A DNA stretch of 64,000 bases from Cyanobacteria bacterium P01_A01_bin.123 (GCA_039815185.1 JBCBZT010000007.1:96001-160000); one strand, 5' to 3'. Counted from the first letter of the stretch, positions 1-10,386 are shown. Numbers and translations: made by a program. The notes: generated by a model not told the origin, from the letters alone.

Positions 1-128
1 TGCTAACGACTTTAGTACTGTCAATTCTAATCACAGACGGTTCCAATCGCTTATTTACTCTGCGAAATGGTTACTCTATACGAACTTTCTTGTTGTTTTT
101 TAAAGTTCAGGCTAGCCGATGGCAGAAC

Positions 129-1571
129 TTAATCAGGCTGAAAGGGTTGAATGTCAATGCTTTCAGCTTCAGGAGGCTGATCTGTAGCAGGCGGAAAATT
201 GAGTGTCGGAGAGACGTCTATTTGACCGACCTGAACGGTACTAAACACCACTTCCCCCTGACTTAAGGCCAACAAGTCGACCCGCAATGGCCCAGTGGTA
301 AAAATCGGTTCAGAAGCGACGGCTTGTAACGTCAGGGGTTGCCCATAGGTTCTGATTCGATTGATGAATTGGCTGACAGGGACCACTTCACCATTGGCAA
401 TTTGCACGACATCTCCGACGACGCCATCCTGGACGGCTCGAAATTGGCTAGAAGCCAAAAGGAGATTGATCTGTTCAAAGATAGCTGGGGCAGAAGGATT
501 AATGGCCGTTACGCGAGTGGTTGCGAGGAGTTCCCCAGGCTCGTAAATTAGCCGATTTTCAAAGACCTCGAAAAAAACTTGAATACAAGCCGTACGATCG
601 CGCACAACACAAGGCTCCCCCACCACATAATTGGCTGCAGGCAGTAGCCGGACAAGATACTCATCTCCATCGCGAATCTGATTGATCAAACGGTTGACCT
701 CTGAGTCAGAAATTTGGATCACCCGTCGATCAAATTGATCAATTCCGGCCGAGATTCGCTCCAGGGCAACGCGATTGGCACGCTGTAGCAGTTGCTCCAC
801 CAATCGCTGCGCTTGATTCATGTCGTCAACCCGCACTAAACCAGCCAGGATTGGTTCATTGCGACTCAGCGCTAAGCTGCCCTGACGCAGACCGATAAAT
901 TCCCGTTCAAGACGCAGAATTTCCTGTTCCAGAAAAATTTGTTGGTCTTGTAGCCCTGCAAGTCGTTCTTCTTTTTGGGCAATTTCTGTATCGCGCTGGG
1001 CAATTTCTGCATCACGTTGCTGAATTTGAGCTCGGACTGATGCCTGCTGGCTCAACAGTGTCTGACGCTCCTGTTGGAGGGATGCAATCTCAGATCTGAG
1101 TTCCTGGGCCTGGTTAGATACGCCTTGCAGCTGCGATTGGGTTTGTTGGAGTTGCGACTGAGTTTCTGCTTCCCGGTCAATAGCTGTTTTCAGAGAGCGG
1201 TTAATTTGAGTTAAACGCTGTTTGGCTTGGGCCTGAGCTTGGGTAGATTCGGCTAGGGCTTGTTCTACATCTGCTTGGTCTTGTTGCGCTTGGGTAAGCT
1301 CACTGCGTGTCGTGTTCAGATCGCTTTGCAAATTCTCTAGCTGAAATACCCCCGTTCTCAGCTGATCGCTAATGATAAACAGTAAGCCGAGGGTCGTTCC
1401 AGAGACAACACTCCCCGTGAGTACACTGATGACGGTGGCGGTTTGTTTAGGCCGTAGGTTAAACAAGCTTAACCTGGCTTTGCCAACACGCATGCCAATG
1501 CGATCGCCAACGGTTGCAATCACACCGCCCAGCACTAGTACCGCAACAATTAAAAGATACCCAGTTGTCAT
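129..1571 (-). CDS. DUF3084-like membrane-anchored coiled-coil protein
   Basis: N-terminal TM with 'GGVIATVGDRIGMRVGKARLSLFNLRPKQTA', long Q-rich coiled coil; typical position downstream of ntcA. Confidence 0.85.
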   Translation of the reverse strand: MTTGYLLIVAVLVLGGVIATVGDRIGMRVGKARLSLFNLRPKQTATVISVLTGSVVSGTTLGLLFIISDQLRTGVFQLENLQSDLNTTRSELTQAQQDQADVEQALAESTQAQAQAKQRLTQINRSLKTAIDREAETQSQLQQTQSQLQGVSNQAQELRSEIASLQQERQTLLSQQASVRAQIQQRDAEIAQRDTEIAQKEERLAGLQDQQIFLEQEILRLEREFIGLRQGSLALSRNEPILAGLVRVDDMNQAQRLVEQLLQRANRVALERISAGIDQFDRRVIQISDSEVNRLINQIRDGDEYLVRLLPAANYVVGEPCVVRDRTACIQVFFEVFENRLIYEPGELLATTRVTAINPSAPAIFEQINLLLASSQFRAVQDGVVGDVVQIANGEVVPVSQFINRIRTYGQPLTLQAVASEPIFTTGPLRVDLLALSQGEVVFSTVQVGQIDVSPTLNFPPATDQPPEAESIDIQPFQPD

Positions 1572-1619
1572 CTGCAGCCCGCAGCAGGTTAGCTTCCAGA
1601 CTACTGCAACTTAACCCTA

Positions 1620-2300
1620 TCAGGTGAACTGCTGACTCAAATTCACAGGATTATGCACCGTAATTTTTTTCTTATGGATGGATATCATGCCTTCTTGACG
1701 TAAATCGCCCAATAGTCGAGTCACAGTAACCCGTGTAGAGCCAATAGCTTCTGCGATCGCTTGGTGGGAAAGCTTTAGATCAACCGTAATGCCATCTTGA
1801 CTCGGAATTCCAAAATCGCGACAGAGAATCAGTAAAAAGCTAACCAGCCGGGATCCCATATCTCGGTGCGCCAAGGTCTCAATCATCATCTCCGTCTGCA
1901 AAATACGAGAGGATAGTCCCTGCAGCATGAGCATCGATAGTTCTGGATTATTTTCTAGCGCCTGCTCAACTTGTTCAATAGGCACTGACAACAGCTCAAC
2001 TGGCGTAAAGGCCACGGCATGATAAAAGCGATCAGACCGATGCCCCGTAATCAGCGAGAGAACACCAAAGACACTATTTTCACGCAGCAATGCGACTGTA
2101 ATCTCCTCCCCAGCCTCGTAGACCCGCGACAGCTTGACAGCGCCTTTAATCAAAAAATAAACCCGCTCTGCCGGATCTCCAGGAAAGAAAATTGTCTTTC
2201 CCCGCTCAAAGGTTTCCACCACAGGTGGGAATGCCCCGCCAGAAATCTGGCGGAACACATTAGCCAATGGCTTATCTTGGGCCACAACATTACCTACCAT
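1620..2300 (-). CDS. ntcA: global nitrogen regulator NtcA
   Basis: '[15 protein letters not shown]...[19 protein letters not shown]...[25 protein letters not shown]' is the NtcA signature; divergent from fabI. Confidence 0.98.
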   Translation of the reverse strand: MVGNVVAQDKPLANVFRQISGGAFPPVVETFERGKTIFFPGDPAERVYFLIKGAVKLSRVYEAGEEITVALLRENSVFGVLSLITGHRSDRFYHAVAFTPVELLSVPIEQVEQALENNPELSMLMLQGLSSRILQTEMMIETLAHRDMGSRLVSFLLILCRDFGIPSQDGITVDLKLSHQAIAEAIGSTRVTVTRLLGDLRQEGMISIHKKKITVHNPVNLSQQFT

Positions 2301-2374
2301 TGCTAAAAAGTCCAGATAGTCTGGAATCCATTACATCTCTATAAACGCTCGTCTATAGCACTGACAAGAAATAC

Positions 2375-2388
2375 GTATCTAAAATTAC
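2375..2388. promoter_or_regulatory. NtcA box GTA-N8-TAC (proximal)
   Basis: GTATCTAAAATTAC upstream of ntcA. Confidence 0.6.
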
Positions 2389-2456
2389 AAACGAATACCA
2401 AATGCCAGAGAATTTTAACTTTAGAACACTTAACCTTAAGTCCTCACTGCTTTTTT

Positions 2457-2470
2457 GTATAAGAAAATAC
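2457..2470. promoter_or_regulatory. NtcA box GTA-N8-TAC (distal)
   Basis: (T)GTATAAGAAAATAC upstream of ntcA. Confidence 0.65.
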
Positions 2471-2727
2471 CTAAAGTCTTCAAACCGGATATAAAGTTTG
2501 AGAATTCATAGGTTTTGCCCTATGCTTGCGTCCGCTGGAGTGTCTCAAGGCACTCCTAAGATGGCTTAGCTCAAGCCCCAACCCCCTCTCCAATGATCAG
2601 ATTTTGTGTCCCGAGGTTAGTTAAAGTCCCTACCAAGTTCACTCTTTTTTAGGATTCTGGCTATTCCCCTACCTCTAAGTCCCCGTTTTTGAGTATTCTC
2701 CATAGGTGCGCCTCTAAGAGAATAACC

Positions 2728-3504
2728 ATGCTAGACCTGACTGGAAAAAACGCGCTCGTAACGGGAATTGCGAACAATCGCTCGATTGCCTGGGGCATTG
2801 CCCAACAACTCCACAAGGCTGGAGCTAATTTGGGGATCACTTATTTGCCTGATGATCGAGGACGCATGGAGAAAAAGGTGGCTGAATTGGTAGAGCCGCT
2901 AAATCCTGGTCTTTTTCTACCCTGTAACGTGCAAGACGAAGCTCAGGTGGCGATCACCTTTGAAGCGATTAGAGAGCAGTGGGGTAAGCTAGACATCTTG
3001 ATCCACTGCTTGGCTTTTGCCAACCGGGATGATTTGACTGGCGACTTTAGCAATACTTCTCGTCAAGTATTTCAAACGGCCCTAGATATTAGTGCTTATT
3101 CGCTGGTTCAACTGGCATCACAAGCCAAAGCGCTAATGACGGATGGGGGCAGCATCGTGACTTTAACCTATTTAGGTGGGGCGCGCGTAGTCCCTAACTA
3201 CAACGTGATGGGAATTGCCAAAGCTGCGCTGGAAATGAATGTCCGTTACCTGGCAGCAGAACTCGGCCCTGAGAAAATTCGCGTCAACGGCATCTCTGCG
3301 GGCCCAATTCGCACCTTAGCCTCTTCCGCGGTGGGTGGGATCTTAGACATGATTCACCATGTTGAATCTGTTGCTCCCCTACGTCGCACAGTAACCCAGC
3401 TGGAGGTTGGCAATGCGGCAGCTTTCTTATGCAGCGATTTGGCCAGTGGCATGACAGGTCAAATCATTTATGTAGATTCGGGTTACGCAATCATGGGAAT
3501 GTAA
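2728..3504 (+). CDS. fabI: enoyl-ACP reductase FabI
   Basis: 'GIANNRSIAWGIA', 'YNVMGIAKAALE', 'AGPIRTLAS'; ATG 2728 preferred over the ORF-track start 2689. Confidence 0.97.
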   Translation: MLDLTGKNALVTGIANNRSIAWGIAQQLHKAGANLGITYLPDDRGRMEKKVAELVEPLNPGLFLPCNVQDEAQVAITFEAIREQWGKLDILIHCLAFANRDDLTGDFSNTSRQVFQTALDISAYSLVQLASQAKALMTDGGSIVTLTYLGGARVVPNYNVMGIAKAALEMNVRYLAAELGPEKIRVNGISAGPIRTLASSAVGGILDMIHHVESVAPLRRTVTQLEVGNAAAFLCSDLASGMTGQIIYVDSGYAIMGM

Positions 3505-3715
3505 TTGGATACCATAATCAGCAACCACTGCAGTAAGGGAGCTAAACCGTACCCATGATGGCAGTTAATGACTGATAAAAGTGGTGACCGATGACAGCAG
3601 TGAGGTGTTCTCCACAGGCATCGCTCAGTAATAACCTATTGATGCGCTGAGCGGCTCTGGATTATTTCGCCAGAGAAGCATCCCGAGAAGCATACAGCAG
3701 AAAATATTTCAAAAA

Positions 3716-3783
3716 AGCAGAAAAGGCATCGACGACTGGCCGTGTTTCGTCTCGATGCCCTCTCTGGTTCGCTCCTCACACAC
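3716..3783 (-). ncRNA. Yfr2-family small RNA (probable)
   Basis: Minus strand reads GTGTGTGAGGAG...GGCATCGA-GACGAAACACGGCCAG-TCGTCGATGCC-TTTT: 5' GUGUGAGGAG motif, GAAACA in the loop, stem followed by a U-tract, own promoter. Confidence 0.72.
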
Positions 3784-3790
3784 AAGAGTT

Positions 3791-3819
3791 AGTATAGGGA
3801 AGCAAAACCGCTTTGTCAC
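3791..3819 (-). promoter_or_regulatory. sigma70-type promoter of the sRNA
   Basis: -35 GTGACA (3819-3814), 17-nt spacer, -10 TATACT (3796-3791). Confidence 0.7.
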
Positions 3820-3873
3820 TACTTTTAACGGTGTTTATTGGTTAGACTTACTTATGCAATTTCGGCTGATTGA

Positions 3874-4947
3874 TTACAGTTGTATGGGGGCAGCTTTGCC
3901 GATCGCTGTAGTCAATATATGTTGCAGGCTGACCTGGACAGCACGCACAACCCCGCAACTGACTTGGCTATGGGGGAGCGTGCGCGTAGTATTTCGTTTG
4001 GGATTTCCCACTATCATTGGGTATAGACCGTACGGTGCTTGACGTTGGTCGATCGTCTCAAACCTTTGGTAAAGCATTTCTAGGCATCTGATTAGAGCCT
4101 TGCCCTGCTGGTTGCTGTGGGAAGCCACCGACGCATCCCAGAGGGCAATTACAGCGTGAATTAGAGTGCAATAGTTTCTCAGGTAAAGGTGTCTCACCTC
4201 AGACTCGATTAACCATGGTACTGGGTCGGGGCTTAAAATTTGCAGGTACGATGGCCCCCCCAATTCGGTCTGGAATCCTCGCGCTGATTGCTTATTAAGG
4301 GTAATCAAACCCAGTTGTTGGGCGATCGCGAGGCGAGAGCAACAGCGTGCATGAAGATGCTGCCAGGGGAAGCTGGTTGCATCAGTTGGTGTTGAGCCTG
4401 GTTGGATAGTGGTTGGAGCGATCGCCCTATTGTCTCGAACTCGATCCGTTAGGGCTAGATGCATGTCTGATTTGGGTACGGCTGATGCCCATTGTTGGTC
4501 ATCGTTGAGAAAGCTTAACCAAATGCCCAGAGATTGAGGGGTGACAGCACAGTGCATCCAGCCAGACTCTAGAATTGAGACCTCGATGCAGAGGTTAAGG
4601 GTGGAGGTAGGTGTGATACTGCATTGACTGCCTTCAGAGTCATTCGCTAAATGCTGCCGCAATAACGCAACGATGTCTTGGAGGGGTCGCTGCCAGCGCG
4701 ATTGCAGTTGATGCGCGATCGCAGCACGGTAGCAAATTGGAAAGGAATCATCAACTCTGTGAATATCAAGCGCTGTGATCGGTTGTTGTTTATTCCAATT
4801 TAGCCGCTGTTGACGTTGAGAAAACTCATCTGAAGTTTCAAGCGCTATGATCGTGCTTTGGACTAAATCAATAATGCATCTTTTAATAGATGTCTGTACC
4901 TCAACATATCGGGCTATCGAATTTAAATGACCTGACGGGTCAGCCAT
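3874..4947 (-). CDS. cyanobacterial ArgRS-fragment-like (DALR anticodon-binding-like) protein
   Basis: 'YRAAIAHQL', 'GWMHC', 'WQHLHARCCSRL' resembles the YxQYAHARxxS motif; C-terminal 'LQHILTTAIGKAAPIQL'; start uncertain. Confidence 0.55.
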   Translation of the reverse strand: MADPSGHLNSIARYVEVQTSIKRCIIDLVQSTIIALETSDEFSQRQQRLNWNKQQPITALDIHRVDDSFPICYRAAIAHQLQSRWQRPLQDIVALLRQHLANDSEGSQCSITPTSTLNLCIEVSILESGWMHCAVTPQSLGIWLSFLNDDQQWASAVPKSDMHLALTDRVRDNRAIAPTTIQPGSTPTDATSFPWQHLHARCCSRLAIAQQLGLITLNKQSARGFQTELGGPSYLQILSPDPVPWLIESEVRHLYLRNYCTLIHAVIALWDASVASHSNQQGKALIRCLEMLYQRFETIDQRQAPYGLYPMIVGNPKRNTTRTLPHSQVSCGVVRAVQVSLQHILTTAIGKAAPIQL

Positions 4948-4978
4948 TAGAATAGTGCACTGGACATTAATTCGACCG

Positions 4979-5053
4979 TAAACCACATCCGATTAGGAAC
5001 TTGAGTTTTTAGCTCGGGGAAAACTATGAATCTGCAGGTGGCAAAGGTTGAAA
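4979..5053 (+). repeat. dispersed ~75-bp repeat, copy 1
   Basis: TAAACCACATCCGATT...AGTTTTTAGCTC..GGAAAACTATGAATCT; similar to 41421-41498 and the reverse complement of 23665-23740. Confidence 0.8.
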
Positions 5054-5386
5054 CGAATGCAATTGACTAGCAATTTCTCGATAGTTCATTCCAGCAGCAG
5101 TTTTTGGATATTTTCTGAATGAAAACATCAACCATAGTGATCATGTTTTACACTAGACCGTTTGCTCCGTAACATAAATATAAATGATACGCCGTGTATA
5201 CTGAGTCAGCTCTGTCTTGAGTATTGCTGGTTCAGTAGTACACTAGCTCGTGAGGAATGTTCTTAAAGTATCGTGTAGATGTTCAAATGCGATTTTGAGA
5301 ACGGTTACAGATTCCTAGGATTGCATATTGTGTGATTGATTGTCCGGTTCTAGCTATCCAATCTCTTTCTACTTGAGTTGTGTGCC

Positions 5387-6094
5387 ATGTATTCATCACC
5401 TTCCGCCGCCAATAGTGCACGTCCCTTTCTTACTTGGCAAAGAATTCTAGATTGGTCTCAAGAACATTATCGATATCGAATTTTTGGTCGTGATGAGCGT
5501 ATTCCTGCCCGATCAGGTTTACTCTACCTCGTGCACCATGGTGCAGTCCGCTTGGTAGGACATTCCCAAGTGAGTGCGAGTATCCGCCAGAAAAGCGGAA
5601 GTTCTCGCCCCCCCTTAATTGCAGCTGAAGAAGCGTTCTTGGGATTTGTAGGAGCAGGGCAACCCTTTGAAATTGTGGCTCAGTCGCCTTTTACCCTACA
5701 AAGTTTTTCCCACGTTGACCAAACGGCTGTTATCTGGCTCTATTGGAATGATTTAGACAATTGGCCCCACTTCCGTCGCGAAGTCTTAGGTGCCTTTCGC
5801 TATCAGCATCAGCGTAAGCTTTTATGGTTGAGTACCTTAGGGCAGCGTCGTACTATTGATCGCTTATTGGGTTTTTTGACCCTACTAGTTGAAGAATATG
5901 GCGAAGCCTGCGATCAAGGCTACTATCTACCTTGGCCGCTCACCCATGCTCAGATTGGTAGCGCGATCGGTTCAACGCGGGTTACGGTGACACGCTTGAT
6001 GGGTAAGTTACGCCAAAGGGGGCTAATTCAAAGTTATGGAGACAACTTGATTTGCCTACCGCTAAACTCTACAGAAAAAATCCAACAGGCATAA
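5387..6094 (+). CDS. Crp/Fnr family transcriptional regulator
   Basis: C-terminal HTH '[25 protein letters not shown]'; degenerate cNMP-like N-domain. Confidence 0.9.
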   Translation: MYSSPSAANSARPFLTWQRILDWSQEHYRYRIFGRDERIPARSGLLYLVHHGAVRLVGHSQVSASIRQKSGSSRPPLIAAEEAFLGFVGAGQPFEIVAQSPFTLQSFSHVDQTAVIWLYWNDLDNWPHFRREVLGAFRYQHQRKLLWLSTLGQRRTIDRLLGFLTLLVEEYGEACDQGYYLPWPLTHAQIGSAIGSTRVTVTRLMGKLRQRGLIQSYGDNLICLPLNSTEKIQQA

Positions 6095-6174
6095 CGTTTA
6101 AGGATGTAGGGACGTATAGGCAAAAATAGATCTGAAATTATTGATGAATTGACTACGAAATCAATACTGGACTC

Positions 6175-6210
6175 GATGCACCCAAATTAATCATTTGGGT
6201 GCATCTTTTT
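6175..6210 (+). terminator. intrinsic terminator
   Basis: GATGCACCCAAAT-taatc-ATTTGGGTGCATC followed by TTTTT. Confidence 0.85.
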
Positions 6211-6358
6211 GGCAGATTGATATTTTTACAGTTGACGGACAGGGTACTTGACATTCTCATCATGTTCTTAGGGTTTACTCATCTCAGCTCTATGGTGGTT
6301 GCCGCACACTCAGAAGAAATAGCCTAAGCTGTAATTTCAAATAAAATTCTCAAGGACT

Positions 6359-7366
6359 ATGGTTCAAGCGCCCAATCTTACGTCGATCTCCAACGTTACA
6401 CCGTTCGATCAAAAACTCGATACGCCCCTTGCCAAAACTGCCATTAGCGTTTTGCAAATCAATCTAGGGCGCCGCTGCAATCTCGCGTGCACCCACTGTC
6501 ATGTAGAGGCAGGGCCAAATCGTACTGAAGAGCTGACCCCTGAAATCTGTGATCAACTGATTGAGCTGATCCACCGTTTTCCCCAAATTGAAACGGTAGA
6601 TTTAACCGGGGGGGCACCGGAGATGAATTATGGTTTTCGTCCTTTGGTAGAAGCGGCTAAGCAGACTGACAAAGAAGTAATTGTGCGCTCTAATCTGACG
6701 ATTTTCTTTGAACCAGGCTTTGCAGATCTGCCCGAATATTTTGTGAACCAGCAGGTCAGAGTGGTGGCTTCCCTACCCTGTTACCTGCAGGACAATGTTG
6801 ACAAACAACGGGGAGCTGGAGTTTATGATGCATCTGTACATGCCATTCAACGCCTCAATGCTCTAGGCTATGGCAGAGATCCGGCCTTGATGCTTGACTT
6901 GGTTTACAATCCGCCAGTGCCTCGCAATGATCAGTTTTCGTTGACGCCTGACCAAGTTGGTTTAACCCAAGACTATCGCCGTTATCTGGCTGAACATTTC
7001 GGCATTGTGTTCAATCAACTGTTTACGATTACAAATTTGCCCATCGGTCGCGTGAAGCAATATTTGCTATCGAAAGAACTGTATCAGCCTTATCTCCGGT
7101 TTTTAGAAGCGAATTTTAACAGCGATACAGTAGGCCACCTAATGTGCCGCAATGAGCTATCGATTGATTATCTAGGCAATGTATACGATTGTGACTTTAA
7201 TCAAATGGCTCAGATTCCTGCAATGACGCCCGCAGGACAGCCGATGACGGTAAAAACCCTGCTAGAGGCAGACAGTCTAGATTTGATCGAAACGATTAAA
7301 ACGGCTCCCTATTGCTATGGATGTACCGCTGGAAGCGGTTCTAGCTGTGGTGGTTCACTGGTTTGA
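6359..7366 (+). CDS. arsS: arsenosugar biosynthesis radical SAM protein ArsS
   Basis: 'LQINLGRRCNLACTHCHVEAGP' CX3CX2C, 'DLTGGAPEMN', C-terminal 'CYGCTAGSGSSCGG'. Confidence 0.88.
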   Translation: MVQAPNLTSISNVTPFDQKLDTPLAKTAISVLQINLGRRCNLACTHCHVEAGPNRTEELTPEICDQLIELIHRFPQIETVDLTGGAPEMNYGFRPLVEAAKQTDKEVIVRSNLTIFFEPGFADLPEYFVNQQVRVVASLPCYLQDNVDKQRGAGVYDASVHAIQRLNALGYGRDPALMLDLVYNPPVPRNDQFSLTPDQVGLTQDYRRYLAEHFGIVFNQLFTITNLPIGRVKQYLLSKELYQPYLRFLEANFNSDTVGHLMCRNELSIDYLGNVYDCDFNQMAQIPAMTPAGQPMTVKTLLEADSLDLIETIKTAPYCYGCTAGSGSSCGGSLV

Positions 7367-7452
7367 GTAGGACTTACCGCGTCAACCAATGTACTAGTGG
7401 TTCGTTAAAATGCCCATCGAGGGATATTTCTCAATTGCCAAGCTTTTTAGAC

Positions 7453-7731
7453 CTATTCTGCTGGCTTGGGGCGGAAGATCCCTTTTCGGGTGACGAAATC
7501 TAGAATGAGTCCTACGGCAAAGGCCACGATCATGGCCCCGACCACCAGCATCAAAATCGTGAACTTGGGATAGTAATAGCCATCAAACAGTTGAAGTTGC
7601 CACTCAACTAGGTAGGCTGCTGGATACTGCTGGACAAACATGCCATAAATGAGCCAGCCTGATAAGCTCAGCCAAAGTAAAATCACAAGTTTACGAGCGA
7701 ACGGGCTAAAGATGGATTGTGATTGTGCCAT
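7453..7731 (-). CDS. small two-TM hypothetical protein
   Basis: Two hydrophobic segments; GGAGG upstream on the minus strand. Confidence 0.7.
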   Translation of the reverse strand: MAQSQSIFSPFARKLVILLWLSLSGWLIYGMFVQQYPAAYLVEWQLQLFDGYYYPKFTILMLVVGAMIVAFAVGLILDFVTRKGIFRPKPAE

Positions 7732-7897
7732 GGCAAAACCTCCGCTATCAGTCTAAGGTGCCCTTTTAACCACAGGAGTTAGCGCAGTGATTTCAGACAG
7801 TGGGCCAATTGACCCATATTGAATTGCCGCAAATTACCTCAATCAGGCCAGAATAAGGGGGCACACATGCTGTCGTGACCGTTTTAGGAGGCTTGCT

Positions 7898-8491
7898 ATC
7901 TACGCCCGTCCCCTTGCTCGATTAATTGAAGAGTTTCAAAAGCTGCCTGGCGTTGGGCCAAAAACTGCCCAGCGTCTTGCTCTACACATACTCAAACGCC
8001 CTGAAGCTGAAGTTAAAGCTCTGGCAATGGCCCTAATGGAAGCTAAGCTGCAGGTGGGCCAATGTTCAATATGTTTTCATCTGTCGGCAGAAGCGGTGTG
8101 CGATATTTGTCGTTCAACCAGCCGCGATCGCCATACGCTCTGTGTCGTCTCAGACTCTCGTGACGTGATTGCTTTAGAAAAAACCCGTGAGTACAGAGGT
8201 CGCTACCATGTCCTGGGCGGGTTAATTTCGCCAATGGAGGGGATTGGGCCAGAGCAGCTCAACATTAGCCCTTTAATTCATCGCGTCAATAAAGAAGACA
8301 TCCAAGAAGTCATTCTCGCCATTAGCCCTAGTATTGAAGGCGACACCACGACCCTATATGTCGGGCAGCTACTCAAGCCCTTTACACGGGTAACCCGCAT
8401 TGCCTTTGGCTTACCCATGGGCGGCGATCTCGAATATGCTGACGAAGTTACGCTGGCAAGAGCTTTGGAAGGTCGGCGGGAATTAGATTAA
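7898..8491 (+). CDS. recR: recombination mediator RecR (probable ATC start)
   Basis: In-frame upstream of the track ORF (8027): (I)[28 protein letters not shown]4 zinc finger; TOPRIM '[14 protein letters not shown]', '[12 protein letters not shown]'. Confidence 0.95.
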   Translation: MYARPLARLIEEFQKLPGVGPKTAQRLALHILKRPEAEVKALAMALMEAKLQVGQCSICFHLSAEAVCDICRSTSRDRHTLCVVSDSRDVIALEKTREYRGRYHVLGGLISPMEGIGPEQLNISPLIHRVNKEDIQEVILAISPSIEGDTTTLYVGQLLKPFTRVTRIAFGLPMGGDLEYADEVTLARALEGRRELD

Positions 8492-8494
8492 CCC

Positions 8495-9052
8495 CTACTT
8501 CAGCTTCTGCTTAACAAAGGCAAATACCTTGCCCAGTTGACCTCTGAGCTGAGCCACGTCAGCTTCCAGCTTGGCGACTTTGGCCTTGAGGGCTGCAATC
8601 TCAGCAGCAGATGCGCCATCCCCTGCGACGGCAGTAGCTGCGCTGACGGTAGCTGAGGCAGCTTTGGTGCGGGGCTTACGAGCTTTGACCATAGCCCTTT
8701 TAATGGCTTCGATCAGTTCTTTCTGCTCAAATGGCTTTTGGATAAATTCAAAGTACTCGAACGGTTCCGAGATTTTCTCGGTAACTTCTTCCCGACGTCC
8801 CGACATGACCACAAGCGGAATCGTTTGTAAATCGGGCTGTTTTTGGACTTCTTGAAAGACTTCCCAACCACTCATGCGGGGCAATAGGAAATCTAACATG
8901 ATGAGATTTGGCCGCTGATTGCGAATATTATCAAGCCCTTCAACGCCATCTTTGGCTTCCAGAACTTCAAAGTTGCCCTGGGGAAGCATATCTCTAACGC
9001 GCATCCGGATAACACGGCTATCGTCAATGACCAGAATCTTGTGACTTGCCAC
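8495..9052 (-). CDS. response regulator (receiver domain + C-terminal coiled coil)
   Basis: 'ILVIDDS', 'LIMLDFLLPRMSG', 'FIQKPF'. Confidence 0.9.
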   Translation of the reverse strand: MASHKILVIDDSRVIRMRVRDMLPQGNFEVLEAKDGVEGLDNIRNQRPNLIMLDFLLPRMSGWEVFQEVQKQPDLQTIPLVVMSGRREEVTEKISEPFEYFEFIQKPFEQKELIEAIKRAMVKARKPRTKAASATVSAATAVAGDGASAAEIAALKAKVAKLEADVAQLRGQLGKVFAFVKQKLK

Positions 9053-9410
9053 AACCGACTCCTCTAAGGGGTGACTGAAAAATTAGATGGGTGAGCTAGG
9101 AACACCGCATGATTAAAGGGTTTGCCTAATGAATGGTAGCTTGGGTTGAACCAAAACCGCTGTCAGCATAGAAAGTTAATCTAACGCCAAACGATTGCTC
9201 AAATGCTCCCTATCCATCAGGATCTTAAACCCGTACGAACCATTGTCGCCCATGATATCCATTCTTGGAGATAACAGGAACTAGATTCTATAAACAGTAT
9301 GCCCATTTTCCTTAGACTCTAGACTGCCAAGGGGGACGGGGTTACTTCTGATCTGAGCATTAACCTCTGAGTCCTGATTAGAATCAAAGACAGCTATCAA
9401 TTTATTGCCC

Positions 9411-10355
9411 ATGTCTCAGCGGTCAAATAAGTCGTCTACTCCCGGTACTCAAGTCCAACAACGCCCTGATATTGTTCAACTGCCGCCTTGGTTGAGACGT
9501 TCTGTTGGCAAGGCGAGTGAACTATCTACGGTGCAGCGCATTATCAAGCAGCGTAATATCCATACGATTTGCGAGGAAGGGCGTTGTCCAAATCGGGGAG
9601 AATGTTATGCCAATAAGACAGCGACATTTTTGTTGATGGGCCCAACTTGCACCCGTTCCTGTGGCTTTTGCCAGGTCGATAAGGGTCATGCCCCGATGCC
9701 CCTTGACCCCCAAGAACCCAAACAAGTAGCAGAGTCTGTGCGCTTGCTGGGTTTGAAATATGTGGTGTTGACCTCTGTCGCACGGGATGACCTACCCGAT
9801 AAGGGAGCGAGTTGGTTTGTGAAAACAATGGTAGCGATTCGAGGGGTGGAACCCGATACCCAAATTGAAGTGTTAACACCCGATTTTTGGGGTGGCAATA
9901 CTGATCAAACACGCCAGTCGCTTGATGTTGCTCAACAGCAACGGGTCAAAATCGTAGCACAGGCTAAACCGACTTGCTTTAACCACAATATCGAAACGGT
10001 GCAGCGGCTTCAGGCTCCGGTGCGGCGAGGGGCTAAATATCAGCGATCGCTAGCGGTACTCCAGACTGTTAAAGCGGTTGATCCAAACATGCCGACTAAA
10101 TCAGGCTTGATGGTGGGACACGGTGAAACGGAATCCGAGTTGATTGAGGCTATGCAGGACTTAAGAGCCGTGGACTGCGATCGCCTCACGATTGGTCAAT
10201 ACATGCGCCCCTCTCTGGCCCATTTACCGGTGCAAAAATATTGGACGCCGGAGGAGTTTGATCACCTCGGTGCGATCGCTCGTGAATTAGGCTTTTCCCA
10301 CGTTCGATCGGGGCCGTTGGTGAGGAGTTCCTACCATGCGGGCGAAGCGGGGTAA
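9411..10355 (+). CDS. lipA: lipoyl synthase
   Basis: [12 protein letters not shown] (CX4CX5C), CTRSCGFC, C-terminal 'RSSYHA'. Confidence 0.96.
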   Translation: MSQRSNKSSTPGTQVQQRPDIVQLPPWLRRSVGKASELSTVQRIIKQRNIHTICEEGRCPNRGECYANKTATFLLMGPTCTRSCGFCQVDKGHAPMPLDPQEPKQVAESVRLLGLKYVVLTSVARDDLPDKGASWFVKTMVAIRGVEPDTQIEVLTPDFWGGNTDQTRQSLDVAQQQRVKIVAQAKPTCFNHNIETVQRLQAPVRRGAKYQRSLAVLQTVKAVDPNMPTKSGLMVGHGETESELIEAMQDLRAVDCDRLTIGQYMRPSLAHLPVQKYWTPEEFDHLGAIARELGFSHVRSGPLVRSSYHAGEAG

Positions 10356-10386
10356 CTGAGAGATGAGGATAGGGGGGGAATGAGGT

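Noticed and set aside
3771..3783. Yfr1 motif (CTCCTCACAC) on the plus strand
   Set aside because: No downstream terminator on plus; promoter and terminator are on the minus strand, fitting Yfr2
7898..8026. recR as a 5'-truncated pseudogene
   Set aside because: N-terminal motifs are intact and in frame with a strong RBS; a non-AUG start explains it better
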